Shown one piece after another: positions 1 through 9,722 of a DNA stretch of 64,000 nucleotides (position 1 is its first letter; each line of letters opens with the position of its first letter). The position numbers were made by a program, and so were the translations under genes. Source of the DNA: a virus; the IMG/VR virus record IMGVR_UViG_3300050025_000126, positions 32,001 to 96,000 of that record, one strand, 5' to 3'. Under the pieces are notes generated by a model, which was given only the letters and a program-made list of their open reading frames with translations, was not told where the DNA came from and ran no database searches.

Positions 1-2
1 CC

Positions 3-275
3 CTTAAGGTTATTATTAATCAGGGTAGCTCTGGAGTTGATCTTACTACTGCCACGGCGGTTCAGTTGGTGGTGATCAAAAAAGGTGATAACACTAGACA
101 GTCTTGGACGGGGTGTGTTATAAACTCTCAAACCTTAACAACCCTGGCTGTAACTCATACTTTTCAACCAGGGGATGTTGGTAGGGAAGGCGTATATTCA
201 GTTATAGCTATGGTCACTATTCCTAGCGGTACGGTGAGGGCTCGGTGCGGTACCTTTAGGGTGGTCGGTGTTTAA
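3..275 (+). CDS. 3' part of a virion structural protein (BppU-like Ig domain), truncated by the window edge
   Basis: Frame is open from position 3 (LKVIINQGSSGVDLTTATAVQLVVIKK...GDVGREGVYSVIAMVTIPSG), resembling the BppU N-terminal pattern; followed by structural genes. Confidence 0.5.
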   Translation, partial: LKVIINQGSSGVDLTTATAVQLVVIKKGDNTRQSWTGCVINSQTLTTLAVTHTFQPGDVGREGVYSVIAMVTIPSGTVRARCGTFRVVGV

Positions 276-309
276 CAACAATCTTTATAGGACAAACAGG
301 AGATAAACT

Positions 310-729
310 ATGGGCTCGTTCTCAGACTACGCAGAAGCAAAAGTTTTGGATTACGTTTTCGGTGGAGCCACCTTCGCCTCGCCAGCTACACTATACGTAG
401 CTCTTTATACAGCAAACCCAACCGATGCAGGCGGCGGTACAGAGCTTACTATTGGCTCGCTTGGATATACTAGAGCGGTCGTTACCAACAACGCAACCAA
501 CTTCCCAGCTTCTACAGGCACTACCCCCACTACCAAATCTAATGGTACAGCTATTACGTTTGCGGCTAACACTACCACTGACTGGGGTACTATTACAGGC
601 GTAGCCTTGTTTGACGCTGCTTCTGCTGGTAATATGATTGCTTGGACCGCTCTGACTGTGTCTAAGCCAGTAATGGTTGGTGATACTGCTTCTTTTGCTA
701 TTGGAGCACTTACCTTTACTCTGGACTAA
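310..729 (+). CDS. phage tail/virion structural protein
   Basis: Common phage tail-protein pattern LYVALYTANPTD..G.E...Y.R..V...F...N..AITF....WGTITGVALFDA...GN; AGGAG SD upstream. Confidence 0.75.
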   Translation: MGSFSDYAEAKVLDYVFGGATFASPATLYVALYTANPTDAGGGTELTIGSLGYTRAVVTNNATNFPASTGTTPTTKSNGTAITFAANTTTDWGTITGVALFDAASAGNMIAWTALTVSKPVMVGDTASFAIGALTFTLD

Positions 730-732
730 GCT

Positions 733-1179
733 ATGGCTTGGTACGAAATAGGATTTACCACTACAGCCACAACAACGGGAGCCCCTGTAGCTGCGTTTAG
801 GGCGCCTACCAGGACATCTAGGTTGTGGGAAATAGGTTGGTCTTGTAACGCCGCGACAGCCTCTACCGCTACCATTCTAAGAAACACTAATGGTTCTTAT
901 GCCGCTTCTACTTCTACTTCAGTAGGGCAACAGACAAACCCCCTTTGGGCTAACGGTACTTCTTTAGTCGATACCGCTTGGACTACCGCACCTACAATTA
1001 CAGCCGCTTCAAGGCTAAGAAGAGGACAGCTACCGGCTTCTATTGGTGCTCAGTGGGTTTGGACATTTAGGGATGGCTTGTGGGTAAGGTCGGCAACAGC
1101 TACAGATATCGTTGTTCTTTGGAACGAAGGCGCTTCTACCAACTCGGTACTGAACGGTTACGCAGTCTGGGAGGAATAA
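733..1179 (+). CDS. putative virion structural protein
   Basis: Thr/Ala/Trp-rich beta-type ORF directly coupled to 310..729. Confidence 0.55.
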   Translation: MAWYEIGFTTTATTTGAPVAAFRAPTRTSRLWEIGWSCNAATASTATILRNTNGSYAASTSTSVGQQTNPLWANGTSLVDTAWTTAPTITAASRLRRGQLPASIGAQWVWTFRDGLWVRSATATDIVVLWNEGASTNSVLNGYAVWEE

Positions 1180-3249
1180 GTGTCGTATTTGTCTGGCCCT
1201 TGTGGGGCAGGCGCAGCGGCTCAGGTACCAAACGGTCTGTTTGACAGTGGTCCCACCCTTGCTATAAACCCTGGGACCGAAGCACCAGGCGAAGACCCTA
1301 ATGGAGTCTACGACAACAACCTTTTCGCAACTTCTTATCCAAGTAGTTTATTAGTAGGAGATCCAAGGCAATCTTCGCCAGATCTTTTTGCTGTTTCTGT
1401 AGGTCAATCTAGTGCTACTGGGGCTTTAATTGAAGCCAAGAATATAGTTGGTTTGTCCGTTTTTTCTTCAAGTTTATTAGCCTCTACAAAAATAAGCAAA
1501 AGTCTCAGCGGGGTTACAGCAGGTTTTGTTAGTGGGGCTAGCGCTAGCGAAAAAGTTGCCCGAGCCTTAGGTGCTATTAGTGTTGGTCAGCTTTCGTTTA
1601 CAACCAGCACTCTTGGAAGAATAAAGATACTGCAAGGGTCTATTAGTCTTTTGTCTAGCCTGTCTGTTGCTTCCAACATTTCAAAGAGGATAGCCGGTAC
1701 GAGTGCTGGAGTTTTTAATCTATCCGCCTCTACAAAAATAAGCAAAGCTATTGGAGGCTCTTCGACATTTGTCTCAAGTGTAACAGCTAACGAAAGAACA
1801 GCTAGAAGTTTCTTAGGGAGCACTGCTTTTGTGTCTAGCTTCCCTTCGGTCAATCAAAAAATAGCACGCAGTGTCAAAGGGGCTTTTGTTCTTCAATCTA
1901 GTTTAACGGCCACCGAAAAGGTTCTAAGAACCATTGTGGGGCCGGTTGTTCTTCAGTCGAATGTAACGGCGACAAAACAAAACGTAGCCCGTACAGTTCA
2001 AGGCTTAAGCCAGGCTACTTCCTCCTTAACTATAAGCAAACCGAACGTAAGCCGTAAATTCGTTGGGAGCATTCCTTTTCAGTCTTCTGTTGCAGGGGCT
2101 TCTAAAGTTTCTAGACCAATAGCAGGAAGCGTTATAGTTGTTTCAAGTGTTGTCGGTTCTGGGGCTATTAAGAGAAACCTTGGGGGTAGCGTTCAAGGGC
2201 AGTCTAGCTTAGTTTTGCCAATAAGGGTAGCTAGAAGGTTTTCCTCTTCTGTGGCTGATATTCTTTCTATGTCAGGTACGCTTAGTGTTCAGGAATTGGC
2301 CAAGCTACTTGTTGCACAGATAGACCTTGTGTCTTTGGTCGTCGCTAACATCAAAATACAGAAAGCAATGAAAGGCACCGTTGCTGATAGCCTAGGGGTG
2401 TTTGGGTCCGCAAGCTTGAGCAAGAGACTGGTCGGGGTTTCTAGCGCCGTAAGTCAATTTAGCGCAACTAGACAAAATATAACACGTCTGGTTGTTGGCT
2501 CTTCAGCATTCCACCTAGGTGTAACTGGTAGCATCAAAGAGAATAAGGCCCTTTACTCCTCCTTTGGCGCCTCTAGTACCTTTGTCTCTACATCAAACTT
2601 AAGCCGTAAACTTGCCGCTAACGCTTCTTCTTTACTGTCTATCTCTGCCTCTCCAAGGGTTTTAAGAGCGACTAGGGGTAATGTGACAGCTTCCCTTCAA
2701 GTGGCCTCCAATGCTTCCGTAAAGTTTTCTATGAAAGGGTTCGTTTCGTCTGCGTTAGGGGTGGTTTCTAATATTGCCCTCAACAAGAGACTGTTTGGAA
2801 ATGGTACAGGGTTTTCCCATGTAGAAGGTAATGTTGGGGCGCGTCGGGGGCTTTTTGGTAGAACAGACCTATTTTTGGTCTCAAGCAGTTCTTTTGTAGT
2901 TTTGCGTCACTTAGAAGGCGCTAGCAGTGGCCAATTCACTTTTGATACTAAACCCTTCGACAATCAAGTAGTAATAGTAATAGATACCATTACTGGAGAC
3001 GTTGTCGATGTCTTTTACGTTTTGAACAGTAATTTAGACAACTCCTTGGACGATTCCTTGGGAGGAGACATAGATATATACACAGAACTCGTGGGAGACG
3101 TAGAGGACCGGGATGTTGTAGTTGGTAGTATAGAGCCTAAATCTTCTCTAGAGGGAGAGATTATTCCTTTGATCTATCCTCTAATTACTTCTGTAATATT
3201 GGCCCCAAACAGTTCTATTAAAGGGGACATCGATCTCAGCTTGAGATAA
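1180..3249 (+). CDS. repetitive Ser/Gly/Val-rich virion protein (~20-aa beta-strand repeats, acidic C-terminus)
   Basis: 689-aa ORF with periodic (K/R)x(L/I/V)xGxxxxxSS(L/V) units, within a structural operon. Confidence 0.6.
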   Translation: MSYLSGPCGAGAAAQVPNGLFDSGPTLAINPGTEAPGEDPNGVYDNNLFATSYPSSLLVGDPRQSSPDLFAVSVGQSSATGALIEAKNIVGLSVFSSSLLASTKISKSLSGVTAGFVSGASASEKVARALGAISVGQLSFTTSTLGRIKILQGSISLLSSLSVASNISKRIAGTSAGVFNLSASTKISKAIGGSSTFVSSVTANERTARSFLGSTAFVSSFPSVNQKIARSVKGAFVLQSSLTATEKVLRTIVGPVVLQSNVTATKQNVARTVQGLSQATSSLTISKPNVSRKFVGSIPFQSSVAGASKVSRPIAGSVIVVSSVVGSGAIKRNLGGSVQGQSSLVLPIRVARRFSSSVADILSMSGTLSVQELAKLLVAQIDLVSLVVANIKIQKAMKGTVADSLGVFGSASLSKRLVGVSSAVSQFSATRQNITRLVVGSSAFHLGVTGSIKENKALYSSFGASSTFVSTSNLSRKLAANASSLLSISASPRVLRATRGNVTASLQVASNASVKFSMKGFVSSALGVVSNIALNKRLFGNGTGFSHVEGNVGARRGLFGRTDLFLVSSSSFVVLRHLEGASSGQFTFDTKPFDNQVVIVIDTITGDVVDVFYVLNSNLDNSLDDSLGGDIDIYTELVGDVEDRDVVVGSIEPKSSLEGEIIPLIYPLITSVILAPNSSIKGDIDLSLR

Positions 3250-3259
3250 ATAAATCTTT

Positions 3260-3754
3260 TTAGATATCATACGTATTAAACCCAAACCCACCCATAGAAT
3301 AATAGCGCGGCTTAGAATCGCTCCTGGGAGTCAATAGGACCATCACAGAAGTAAGCAAATCTTGGCTTGGCTTAGGCGTATCTTTCTCAAAATAGAAGAC
3401 AACCGGCAAAGAGAACTTCTTTAATGTATTGAGCCATTTAGAAGGTTGAGTTAGCTTCAACTTGATTCCAGGGTGTCGTTTAATAGCTCGCTTAGCTTTG
3501 TGGTTGAGCCTAGGAGCGTAGTTTGGGTTGAGTCTGGAGGTTATCTCCTGCCTGAATTCATCGACGCTTAAATCGCTTTTGGCTTGGTTACAATCATAAC
3601 ACGCTGGGTTGAGATTTCTAATTTTCCAAGTGCCACCTTGAGCTTCGGGTTTAATGTGGTCTAACGTAAGAAGGGTAGATGGCTCACCGCAGTAAGCGCA
3701 TCTACCCTCGTACTTATTGTATATCTTTTGTCTTTTTGTCTGGCCTGGTTTCAT
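3260..3754 (-). CDS. HNH endonuclease
   Basis: CAYCG...TLDHIKP...GG....NL.PACYDCNQAK. Confidence 0.85.
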   Translation of the reverse strand: MKPGQTKRQKIYNKYEGRCAYCGEPSTLLTLDHIKPEAQGGTWKIRNLNPACYDCNQAKSDLSVDEFRQEITSRLNPNYAPRLNHKAKRAIKRHPGIKLKLTQPSKWLNTLKKFSLPVVFYFEKDTPKPSQDLLTSVMVLLTPRSDSKPRYYSMGGFGFNTYDI

Positions 3755-3795
3755 TCCCTATATGGTAACACAAACCAGGCTTTAGTCAATTACTA

Positions 3796-4998
3796 TTATA
3801 CCTTTCGGCGGAACTTCTTGAACTTGGCATTAAAGGGGCCTACGACGCAGCTATAATAGGTTCGATCTAGAGGTCCCCAAACCGGTTCTTCTTCGTTAAA
3901 ACCAACAACCTGTTCATCTGAAATTCTAAGGGGTTCATTCTCAATAAGAAATCGATACCCATCTCCTACCTTACGCCGTGCAACAAGACTACCTCCGCAG
4001 TCTCCAGGTGTATCTTCCGCAAGTCCACCAACAGCTATCCAGCTGCTGTTACCCATTGCGGCAAAAATAATTTCATCGGTCTTTTTCATCTTCTCGTCCT
4101 GTCCTAGGCGTCGATATCCCTTGCCAACATCGAAGCCATCGTAAGGAATGGGCTCTACGGGCATAGCTTGCTTGTCTTCGGTGCGTTCAAGCTCAGTGGC
4201 CCAGAACCAGGAATGAGTGTACTTTTCCTTTTCTTGCGGTACGTCATACTTGACACGACACGCCTTATTGGCTAGCTTGTTATAATATCTGTAATCCACA
4301 ATGACGCCCGTAGCTCCAAGGAATCGAGAATATTTGCTCGACACCTTAACCCTATCGTGGGATTGAACAACGCTGGCAGGCTTTGCTGGCTGTTCATATT
4401 TGTAATCGTTTGGCACCTTGCGGCGATATTCAAACCCAGAAAAACCCAGCATATTGGTCTGACACCCTACCCAATGGGGGCGAACGTCTAGCCACTCATT
4501 GGAAAGATTCTTGTCGAAATATTCATCCCCAGTTTCCAGCTTCTCTCCAGCCTTCAGTGGGCGATACTTTTGAACCGGTGTGACAATCTTGCGGCGGTAA
4601 TAGCTCCAGGATGTGTCTCTTGCATTAACCAGACAGCCTACACGGTCAGAAGGACGCCAGGTATTGTCAAGGGCAAGCCATTCGTCACCCTTTTCGATAG
4701 TCTCGCCTTTAACCATATACCTATAACCCGCGTCACAGGCTTTGGGCAATGGACTAACCGGCTCTGGCTTGACTTCAGGTGCCTTAACCTCCACCTTGCG
4801 GCGGAACGTAACGCCTTTCATTTCTCCAATTTTGTTTCCAATGCAGGCGTGAGCGTGGATGAAGTGTGGCTTATTTTTGTATTCTCCATTACTAAAATCA
4901 ACGTCCCAAACAAATTCGTCCCCTTCCTTAACGACCTCTCCCTTACGAAGCCATCGGTAACCTGGTGCGCACTTTGGTCTACGGGTCTTTGTACTCAT
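3796..4998 (-). CDS. multi-module protein: 5 'YRxL-GE-GDE...W...RRK' repeats plus a KOW/SH3-like domain
   Basis: Five internal repeats visible in the translation; own sigma70-like promoter and AGGAG SD. Confidence 0.75.
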   Translation of the reverse strand: MSTKTRRPKCAPGYRWLRKGEVVKEGDEFVWDVDFSNGEYKNKPHFIHAHACIGNKIGEMKGVTFRRKVEVKAPEVKPEPVSPLPKACDAGYRYMVKGETIEKGDEWLALDNTWRPSDRVGCLVNARDTSWSYYRRKIVTPVQKYRPLKAGEKLETGDEYFDKNLSNEWLDVRPHWVGCQTNMLGFSGFEYRRKVPNDYKYEQPAKPASVVQSHDRVKVSSKYSRFLGATGVIVDYRYYNKLANKACRVKYDVPQEKEKYTHSWFWATELERTEDKQAMPVEPIPYDGFDVGKGYRRLGQDEKMKKTDEIIFAAMGNSSWIAVGGLAEDTPGDCGGSLVARRKVGDGYRFLIENEPLRISDEQVVGFNEEEPVWGPLDRTYYSCVVGPFNAKFKKFRRKV

Positions 4999-5033
4999 GT
5001 GTTATCTCCTTTGGTTTTTGAAACTGTAAACGA

Positions 5034-5103
5034 ATACTAACATATCTTAAAAAGTTGTCAATACTTTATTTTAGGTTGACTTTAAATTAAAGTATGGTAA
5101 GAT
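5034..5103. promoter_or_regulatory. divergent sigma70-like promoter pair
   Basis: Minus strand TTGACA-16-TAGTAT (5061..5034); plus strand TTGACT...TAAGAT ending at about 5103. Confidence 0.6.
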
Positions 5104-5111
5104 GGTTGGTC

Positions 5112-5720
5112 ATGGAAACTTTTAAGAAAATTCGTAGGTGGTATGAAGGTTGGCACGTTGGGCCACTTAAACACGTGAGCCGGTTCTTGTATTGGCTTAG
5201 AACCCATACCTATAATAGATATCACATGTTGAACTTAAAGAATAGTAGAAACGGTTATGCCTGGGGATATTTAGACAAGTCTGAGGGCATTCTTTTTGCT
5301 AATATGGCGATTTTGGTTGACTTTGTTGAAAAAGAAAAAGCCTTTGATTGTCACGTAGATTGGCGTAGTGCGGCGGAATGTAACGCCAACGGAGAAAACG
5401 AAAACGACCCATCTAGTGATGCCAATCGTGATGCCCATGCAGCGGCCAAGAAAGAAATACTTGAAATTTATAATTGGTGGGTCAAGGGGCGTAAAGAAGA
5501 ACACGATGCGTTGGATAAGATGTCCGATGACGCATACCAACACACCTCTTTCAAATTAGAGCCATCTAAAGACCACCCTAAAATGTTTGATATGGTAACA
5601 GCTAACCGTCCTTCCAGCGACGTGGTAGAAGACCTTTGGAACCGCGAATCCGCTCTAGAAGAAAAAGATAAAGAAATGATGATTCGGCTTATCAAGGTCT
5701 CTGGATTTATGTGGACCTAA
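5112..5720 (+). CDS. hypothetical phage protein
   Basis: ORF track 5094..5720; Met at 5112 lies downstream of the -10 box. Confidence 0.6.
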   Translation: METFKKIRRWYEGWHVGPLKHVSRFLYWLRTHTYNRYHMLNLKNSRNGYAWGYLDKSEGILFANMAILVDFVEKEKAFDCHVDWRSAAECNANGENENDPSSDANRDAHAAAKKEILEIYNWWVKGRKEEHDALDKMSDDAYQHTSFKLEPSKDHPKMFDMVTANRPSSDVVEDLWNRESALEEKDKEMMIRLIKVSGFMWT

Positions 5721-5748
5721 ACGCAATCTTTTGTATCGGAGGAAAGAA

Positions 5749-6090
5749 ATGAAAACACGCAAGATACCATATGTTTGTCCAGTTTGCAATGGAAGCGGAG
5801 AAGGCAACGTTCTATCTACTTCTATGAGTAATACCCTGCCGCCTAAATGTAAAGCCTGCAAAGGCGAATGTGTGCTGTGGGGCGAGGAAACAGACGACAG
5901 CGTTGATTTCAGCAAGATTACGATTAACCCCGCACCTTTAACAGTTCCTAGTGACTATATTCCTTGGTATGAACCTTATAGCCCCTGGAGACAGATTGAA
6001 CCTTATACACCTCCCACGGTTGCCCCTTATCTTTGGCCTAATATCACCTGGTGTTGTAACAATACAGGCTGTCCTAACTTCGGTTTCTGA
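5749..6090 (+). CDS. small zinc-finger protein (CxxCxGxG)
   Basis: CPVCNGSG...CKACKGE; GGAGG SD before Met 5749. Confidence 0.55.
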   Translation: MKTRKIPYVCPVCNGSGEGNVLSTSMSNTLPPKCKACKGECVLWGEETDDSVDFSKITINPAPLTVPSDYIPWYEPYSPWRQIEPYTPPTVAPYLWPNITWCCNNTGCPNFGF

Positions 6091-6380
6091 TGGCCGAAAA
6101 GGTGTTGCAAATTTGTCCTTGTCCTAAAGAAGTCAGGATTGCCTGGTATAACGCTGGGCGCATTGACTTACACAAACCTACATGTCTAGCAATTGTAGAA
6201 AGAGGCCTCACCCAGGAAGTAGTCTACCTAGAAACAGTTGACAACGTAATCGAAAGGGTAGATACTGAAGATAAAAATTTCTTGGGGTTTGTAGAGATTG
6301 ACGACTCTCAAGAAATAGCAAGACTTACCCAACAGGTCCAAGAACAATACCAAAAGGAACAAAGTGTCAAATCAAAGTAA
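6090..6380 (+). CDS. hypothetical protein
   Basis: Overlapping stop/start coupling with neighbouring genes. Confidence 0.55.
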   Translation: MAEKVLQICPCPKEVRIAWYNAGRIDLHKPTCLAIVERGLTQEVVYLETVDNVIERVDTEDKNFLGFVEIDDSQEIARLTQQVQEQYQKEQSVKSK

Positions 6381-6990
6381 CGACTTTTGCACGCCACCCG
6401 AATTAGTACAGCCAATTAAAGAGTTTTTCGGAGGGAAGATAGACCTAGACCCATGTAGTAATAAGAACAGCTTGGTTAAGGCTTGTACGGAGCTGATGTT
6501 GCCAACCAATTCATTAATGCAGAATTGGTGCAAACTTGGAACAACTGTATTTGTAAATCCTCCTTATGCTCCTTACTATTTGAGTGAAGACGGAACGCTT
6601 TGTCTTTCTGCTTCTGAGCGTAAGGAATATACAGGCCCGGCCCACTTAATTCGTTATACAATTAAGACCTGGCTGTGGAAAGGGAAAGAGGAGGCTAAGA
6701 ATGGCTGCGAATTGATTTATCTTATTCCGGCTAGGGGAGCAGGCAGTTTGGTTTGGCAGGATATCATCTTCCCATATTCTGACGCTATTTGCTATTTAAA
6801 GAAGCGTACTCCATTTTGGGAGAATGGAGAGCCCTGCAAGGGTCCAGATGGTACAGTCAACCCTGGCACATTTGATTGTGCTCTGGTATACTTTGGGCCG
6901 CAGTATTGGGAATTTAAGAAACACTTCAGTAAGTTGGGGTACGTCTTAATTCAGGATATGGCTCTCCCAGAGGAAAGGCTAAACTCATGA
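6364..6990 (+). CDS. phage DNA N6-adenine methyltransferase (Dam-like)
   Basis: F.TP, IDLDPC and VFVNPPY motifs, then LIPAR. Confidence 0.85.
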   Translation: MSNQSNDFCTPPELVQPIKEFFGGKIDLDPCSNKNSLVKACTELMLPTNSLMQNWCKLGTTVFVNPPYAPYYLSEDGTLCLSASERKEYTGPAHLIRYTIKTWLWKGKEEAKNGCELIYLIPARGAGSLVWQDIIFPYSDAICYLKKRTPFWENGEPCKGPDGTVNPGTFDCALVYFGPQYWEFKKHFSKLGYVLIQDMALPEERLNS

Positions 6991-7196
6991 AGGGCTGGAT
7001 TTACGTTGTTAATTGTCCCGAAGATTGGTCTAATACCGCTGGCGGACATAATTATCAAATTCTAGACGCACCGCATGTTATGGCGCAAAACAAAGACCCT
7101 AAGTGGGAATGTACTGAATGTAAAGCTATCATATCCGGAGTCGGATTGGACCCACCCGATCAGTGCTACAGCTGTATGGACAAGTGGCTAAAGTAG
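6987..7196 (+). CDS. small Cys-rich hypothetical protein
   Basis: ATGA overlap; two CxxC pairs. Confidence 0.45.
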   Translation: MKGWIYVVNCPEDWSNTAGGHNYQILDAPHVMAQNKDPKWECTECKAIISGVGLDPPDQCYSCMDKWLK

Positions 7197-7254
7197 TCGT
7201 TCCTATGACAATTGATTCAAAACTAAGAACCCTAGATACCACCTGGAGAAACCG

Positions 7255-7497
7255 ATGAACTGTAACCGATGTGGAACCGAGTTAAGCGATTACAAAACGC
7301 TATGCATCAACTGTGGAAACGTAAATCAATCGCCTTACCAATACTTTAGGGTAGACGCCCAGAACGGTATTAGGTATTGGATTGAACAAATGCGTACTCA
7401 AAACGTAGAAGAGGCTATGAAGTTCATCGAAAAATACAAGCAGGACTACAAGGGCGTTCCTGTAAGGCTCAAGAAGGTGACAGAGGAAGAAGTATGA
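7255..7497 (+). CDS. zinc-ribbon hypothetical protein
   Basis: CNRCG...CINCG; GGAG SD. Confidence 0.55.
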   Translation: MNCNRCGTELSDYKTLCINCGNVNQSPYQYFRVDAQNGIRYWIEQMRTQNVEEAMKFIEKYKQDYKGVPVRLKKVTEEEV

Positions 7498-7805
7498 AAT
7501 ATTACCACATTGCGTTCAATACTCCTTTTGGGCCAGGGACTTACTTTTACCGAGGGGAAAGTCATCCGTTTATGCCTAAAGCCTATGAAGAAAGTACCGG
7601 CAAGCTTGCTTCCAAATTAAATATTCAATACGCCACCAATGTATCTCCAGCGGCTATTACTTATGCTTCTGTTAATGAACTGCCTTTGGAAGTGGCTAAG
7701 GCCCGGTGGCCTGAGGATTTTGTGGAACCTGAAAAAGAAGAGTGTCCTCAATGTAAACTACTTACTAGTACACAATGTTGTACGGCATGCGGAAAGGGGT
7801 TTTAA
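7494..7805 (+). CDS. hypothetical protein with C-terminal zinc ribbon
   Basis: ATGA overlap; CPQC...CTAC. Confidence 0.55.
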   Translation: MKYYHIAFNTPFGPGTYFYRGESHPFMPKAYEESTGKLASKLNIQYATNVSPAAITYASVNELPLEVAKARWPEDFVEPEKEECPQCKLLTSTQCCTACGKGF

Positions 7806-8050
7806 TGATTGATAAATATTCTGAGGCTGAAATGGACAAGGCTGGGAAAGTTGATGTGAAAAAAGTGTGGGTAGACTCAGAAGGATGGGTCTGGATGGAA
7901 TATATCTTACCATTCCCCCTTACATACATCTCAACGGTATTTTATGTAGCGGGAGAAAAAGAATTACCATCTCACCCCAATCTATGTAAGGCTGGGTGCG
8001 GCAATGAGACTGCGGAAAGATCTAAGGCTATTGTACGAGATTGCGTTTGA
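7805..8050 (+). CDS. hypothetical protein
   Basis: TAATG overlap with the previous stop. Confidence 0.4.
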   Translation: MIDKYSEAEMDKAGKVDVKKVWVDSEGWVWMEYILPFPLTYISTVFYVAGEKELPSHPNLCKAGCGNETAERSKAIVRDCV

Positions 8051-8270
8051 AATTCGCACATATAAATGTGTAGGTCTACCCAACGCCTTAAGCGGTTCAA
8101 TTAAAACTAAAAGAGGTAAGTTTGTCGCTTCGTTGCTTGAAGAGTTGTCTGAAAAGCTAATTAAAGATAGCGCTACAGCCCAAATGAAGATAGAGGTCCT
8201 AGAGGAAGAGATAGACGGATTGCGTAATGAAAATCAACAATTGACGGACCAGTTGTTAGATAATCTTTAG
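8004..8270 (+). CDS. hypothetical coiled-coil protein
   Basis: Heptad-like C-terminus. Confidence 0.45.
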   Translation: MRLRKDLRLLYEIAFEIRTYKCVGLPNALSGSIKTKRGKFVASLLEELSEKLIKDSATAQMKIEVLEEEIDGLRNENQQLTDQLLDNL

Positions 8271-8300
8271 TATCTGTCTGGCATCAATCTTAGAGGTGCT

Positions 8301-8876
8301 ATGAATAATGGTGAAGTACAAGACGAGTTCGACCTGAGCATTACCAAACCTCTACCTAAAAAAGTAGAAGGTAACGCGGTTGGTCGTTTTTGGCCTGACA
8401 TGCTCTTGCCGCTTCGCGTCTTATATTCCCCTCTCCTTAGACTTCGCTTCCGCTCTACCTTTGCCTGCTGTGCTCACCAGGTTAACCTAGCCTGCCATAG
8501 AATGATTCTAAGTGACCCCGAAGAGGCCCCTAATCGCTTAGCAGTGGAATTTGAGCAGTTCGACCTAGTTCCCGGCCTTGGTATTGTTTACGTGCAGGAT
8601 TCGCAATGGCGTAAAGCCACACGAGGTGCTGTGCAGTTGTTTGAGGACGAGCAAGGGGTTTTAGCTTCTGCAATTGTAAGACTACCTGAGTCAGAAGACT
8701 CACCGCATCTAACGTTAGGCATTACGATGCATGAGATTGGACACTTGCTAGGATTGACGCATGGAGACGATCCTGGAAGTGTGATGTACTCGAATCCCAA
8801 GGTCAGACCACAAATTCTTTCAGACAAGGACGCCGATATCCTAAAAAGAATCTACGGTGGTAATACCAATCTTTAA
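8301..8876 (+). CDS. matrixin-like (M10) zinc metallopeptidase
   Basis: HEIGHLLGLTH zinc motif plus SVMY Met-turn; AATCTT upstream. Confidence 0.85.
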   Translation: MNNGEVQDEFDLSITKPLPKKVEGNAVGRFWPDMLLPLRVLYSPLLRLRFRSTFACCAHQVNLACHRMILSDPEEAPNRLAVEFEQFDLVPGLGIVYVQDSQWRKATRGAVQLFEDEQGVLASAIVRLPESEDSPHLTLGITMHEIGHLLGLTHGDDPGSVMYSNPKVRPQILSDKDADILKRIYGGNTNL

Positions 8877-8891
8877 TATGTAGTACTTGAC

Positions 8892-9383
8892 ATGACACCA
8901 CCACGTACAGCCATCCCGTTAGGGCCTATTAGAGACGAAGAGTCTGGAACGATTTTAGTAACAGATACTATTCGGAGGCTAGGTAGATTGGAAGAGCAGC
9001 AAAATGAAATGTTACCAATCTTGGGCAAGGTCGCCGAGGCTGTCGACAACCTTACTACAGCTGTGGGCGACATCAAATCCGACGTCAAAACCATAGGTAG
9101 TGGATTTATTGCCTTTAGAATTGAGACCTCTGGATATGGCGGTCGGCTCCAGGTATTAGAAAACTTCCAAAATCGTCACGACACAATGAAATTAGACGAG
9201 CTTGAAAAGGCCCGCCTAAAAGCGGAAGCTGTATTAGAAAAAGATCGTATTGAAGCTGTCGCCATTTTAGAAACCAACCGCAAAGAACGAGTTGATCGCA
9301 GGAATAGAATTCTACAAACCGTTGGAACTGCTGTTAGCGGTTTCTTGGTTGCTCTTATCCTTGCTTGGCTTGGCTTGAAGTAG
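8892..9383 (+). CDS. coiled-coil protein with C-terminal TM helix (holin/lysis-associated-like)
   Basis: Coiled coil followed by hydrophobic GTAVSGFLVALILAWLGLK. Confidence 0.55.
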   Translation: MTPPRTAIPLGPIRDEESGTILVTDTIRRLGRLEEQQNEMLPILGKVAEAVDNLTTAVGDIKSDVKTIGSGFIAFRIETSGYGGRLQVLENFQNRHDTMKLDELEKARLKAEAVLEKDRIEAVAILETNRKERVDRRNRILQTVGTAVSGFLVALILAWLGLK

Positions 9384-9407
9384 GCCTCCGACCCTAATCT
9401 TTAGGGT

Positions 9408-9722
9408 ATGTGCGACAACAAGAATTCGACAGCCGTAGACGGTGGTTTTTGGTCTAGAAAATTACTTTTTGCCTTGTTCAGCTCTATTATGATTTTGGCG
9501 GCATCTAAAATATGCCCTGGAGCTGGTCTTGGAGAGGTTGTTGTAGGGCTAGTTAGCGTATGTTCTTTATATTTGGGAGCAAATACTGTTGTCAAATGGA
9601 GGGCCGCTGACATTGAGAAGGCTAAAAATGAGCTTCCCGGCATGTTAGGTAAAATGGTAGACAAAGCAGTTGAAATCGCTGATAAAAAAGAAGACGCCGA
9701 GGACAAGGATAAAAATGACTAA
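9408..9722 (+). CDS. putative holin (2 TM)
   Basis: FWSRKLL start, two hydrophobic helices, charged C-terminal tail. Confidence 0.55.
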   Translation: MCDNKNSTAVDGGFWSRKLLFALFSSIMILAASKICPGAGLGEVVVGLVSVCSLYLGANTVVKWRAADIEKAKNELPGMLGKMVDKAVEIADKKEDAEDKDKND

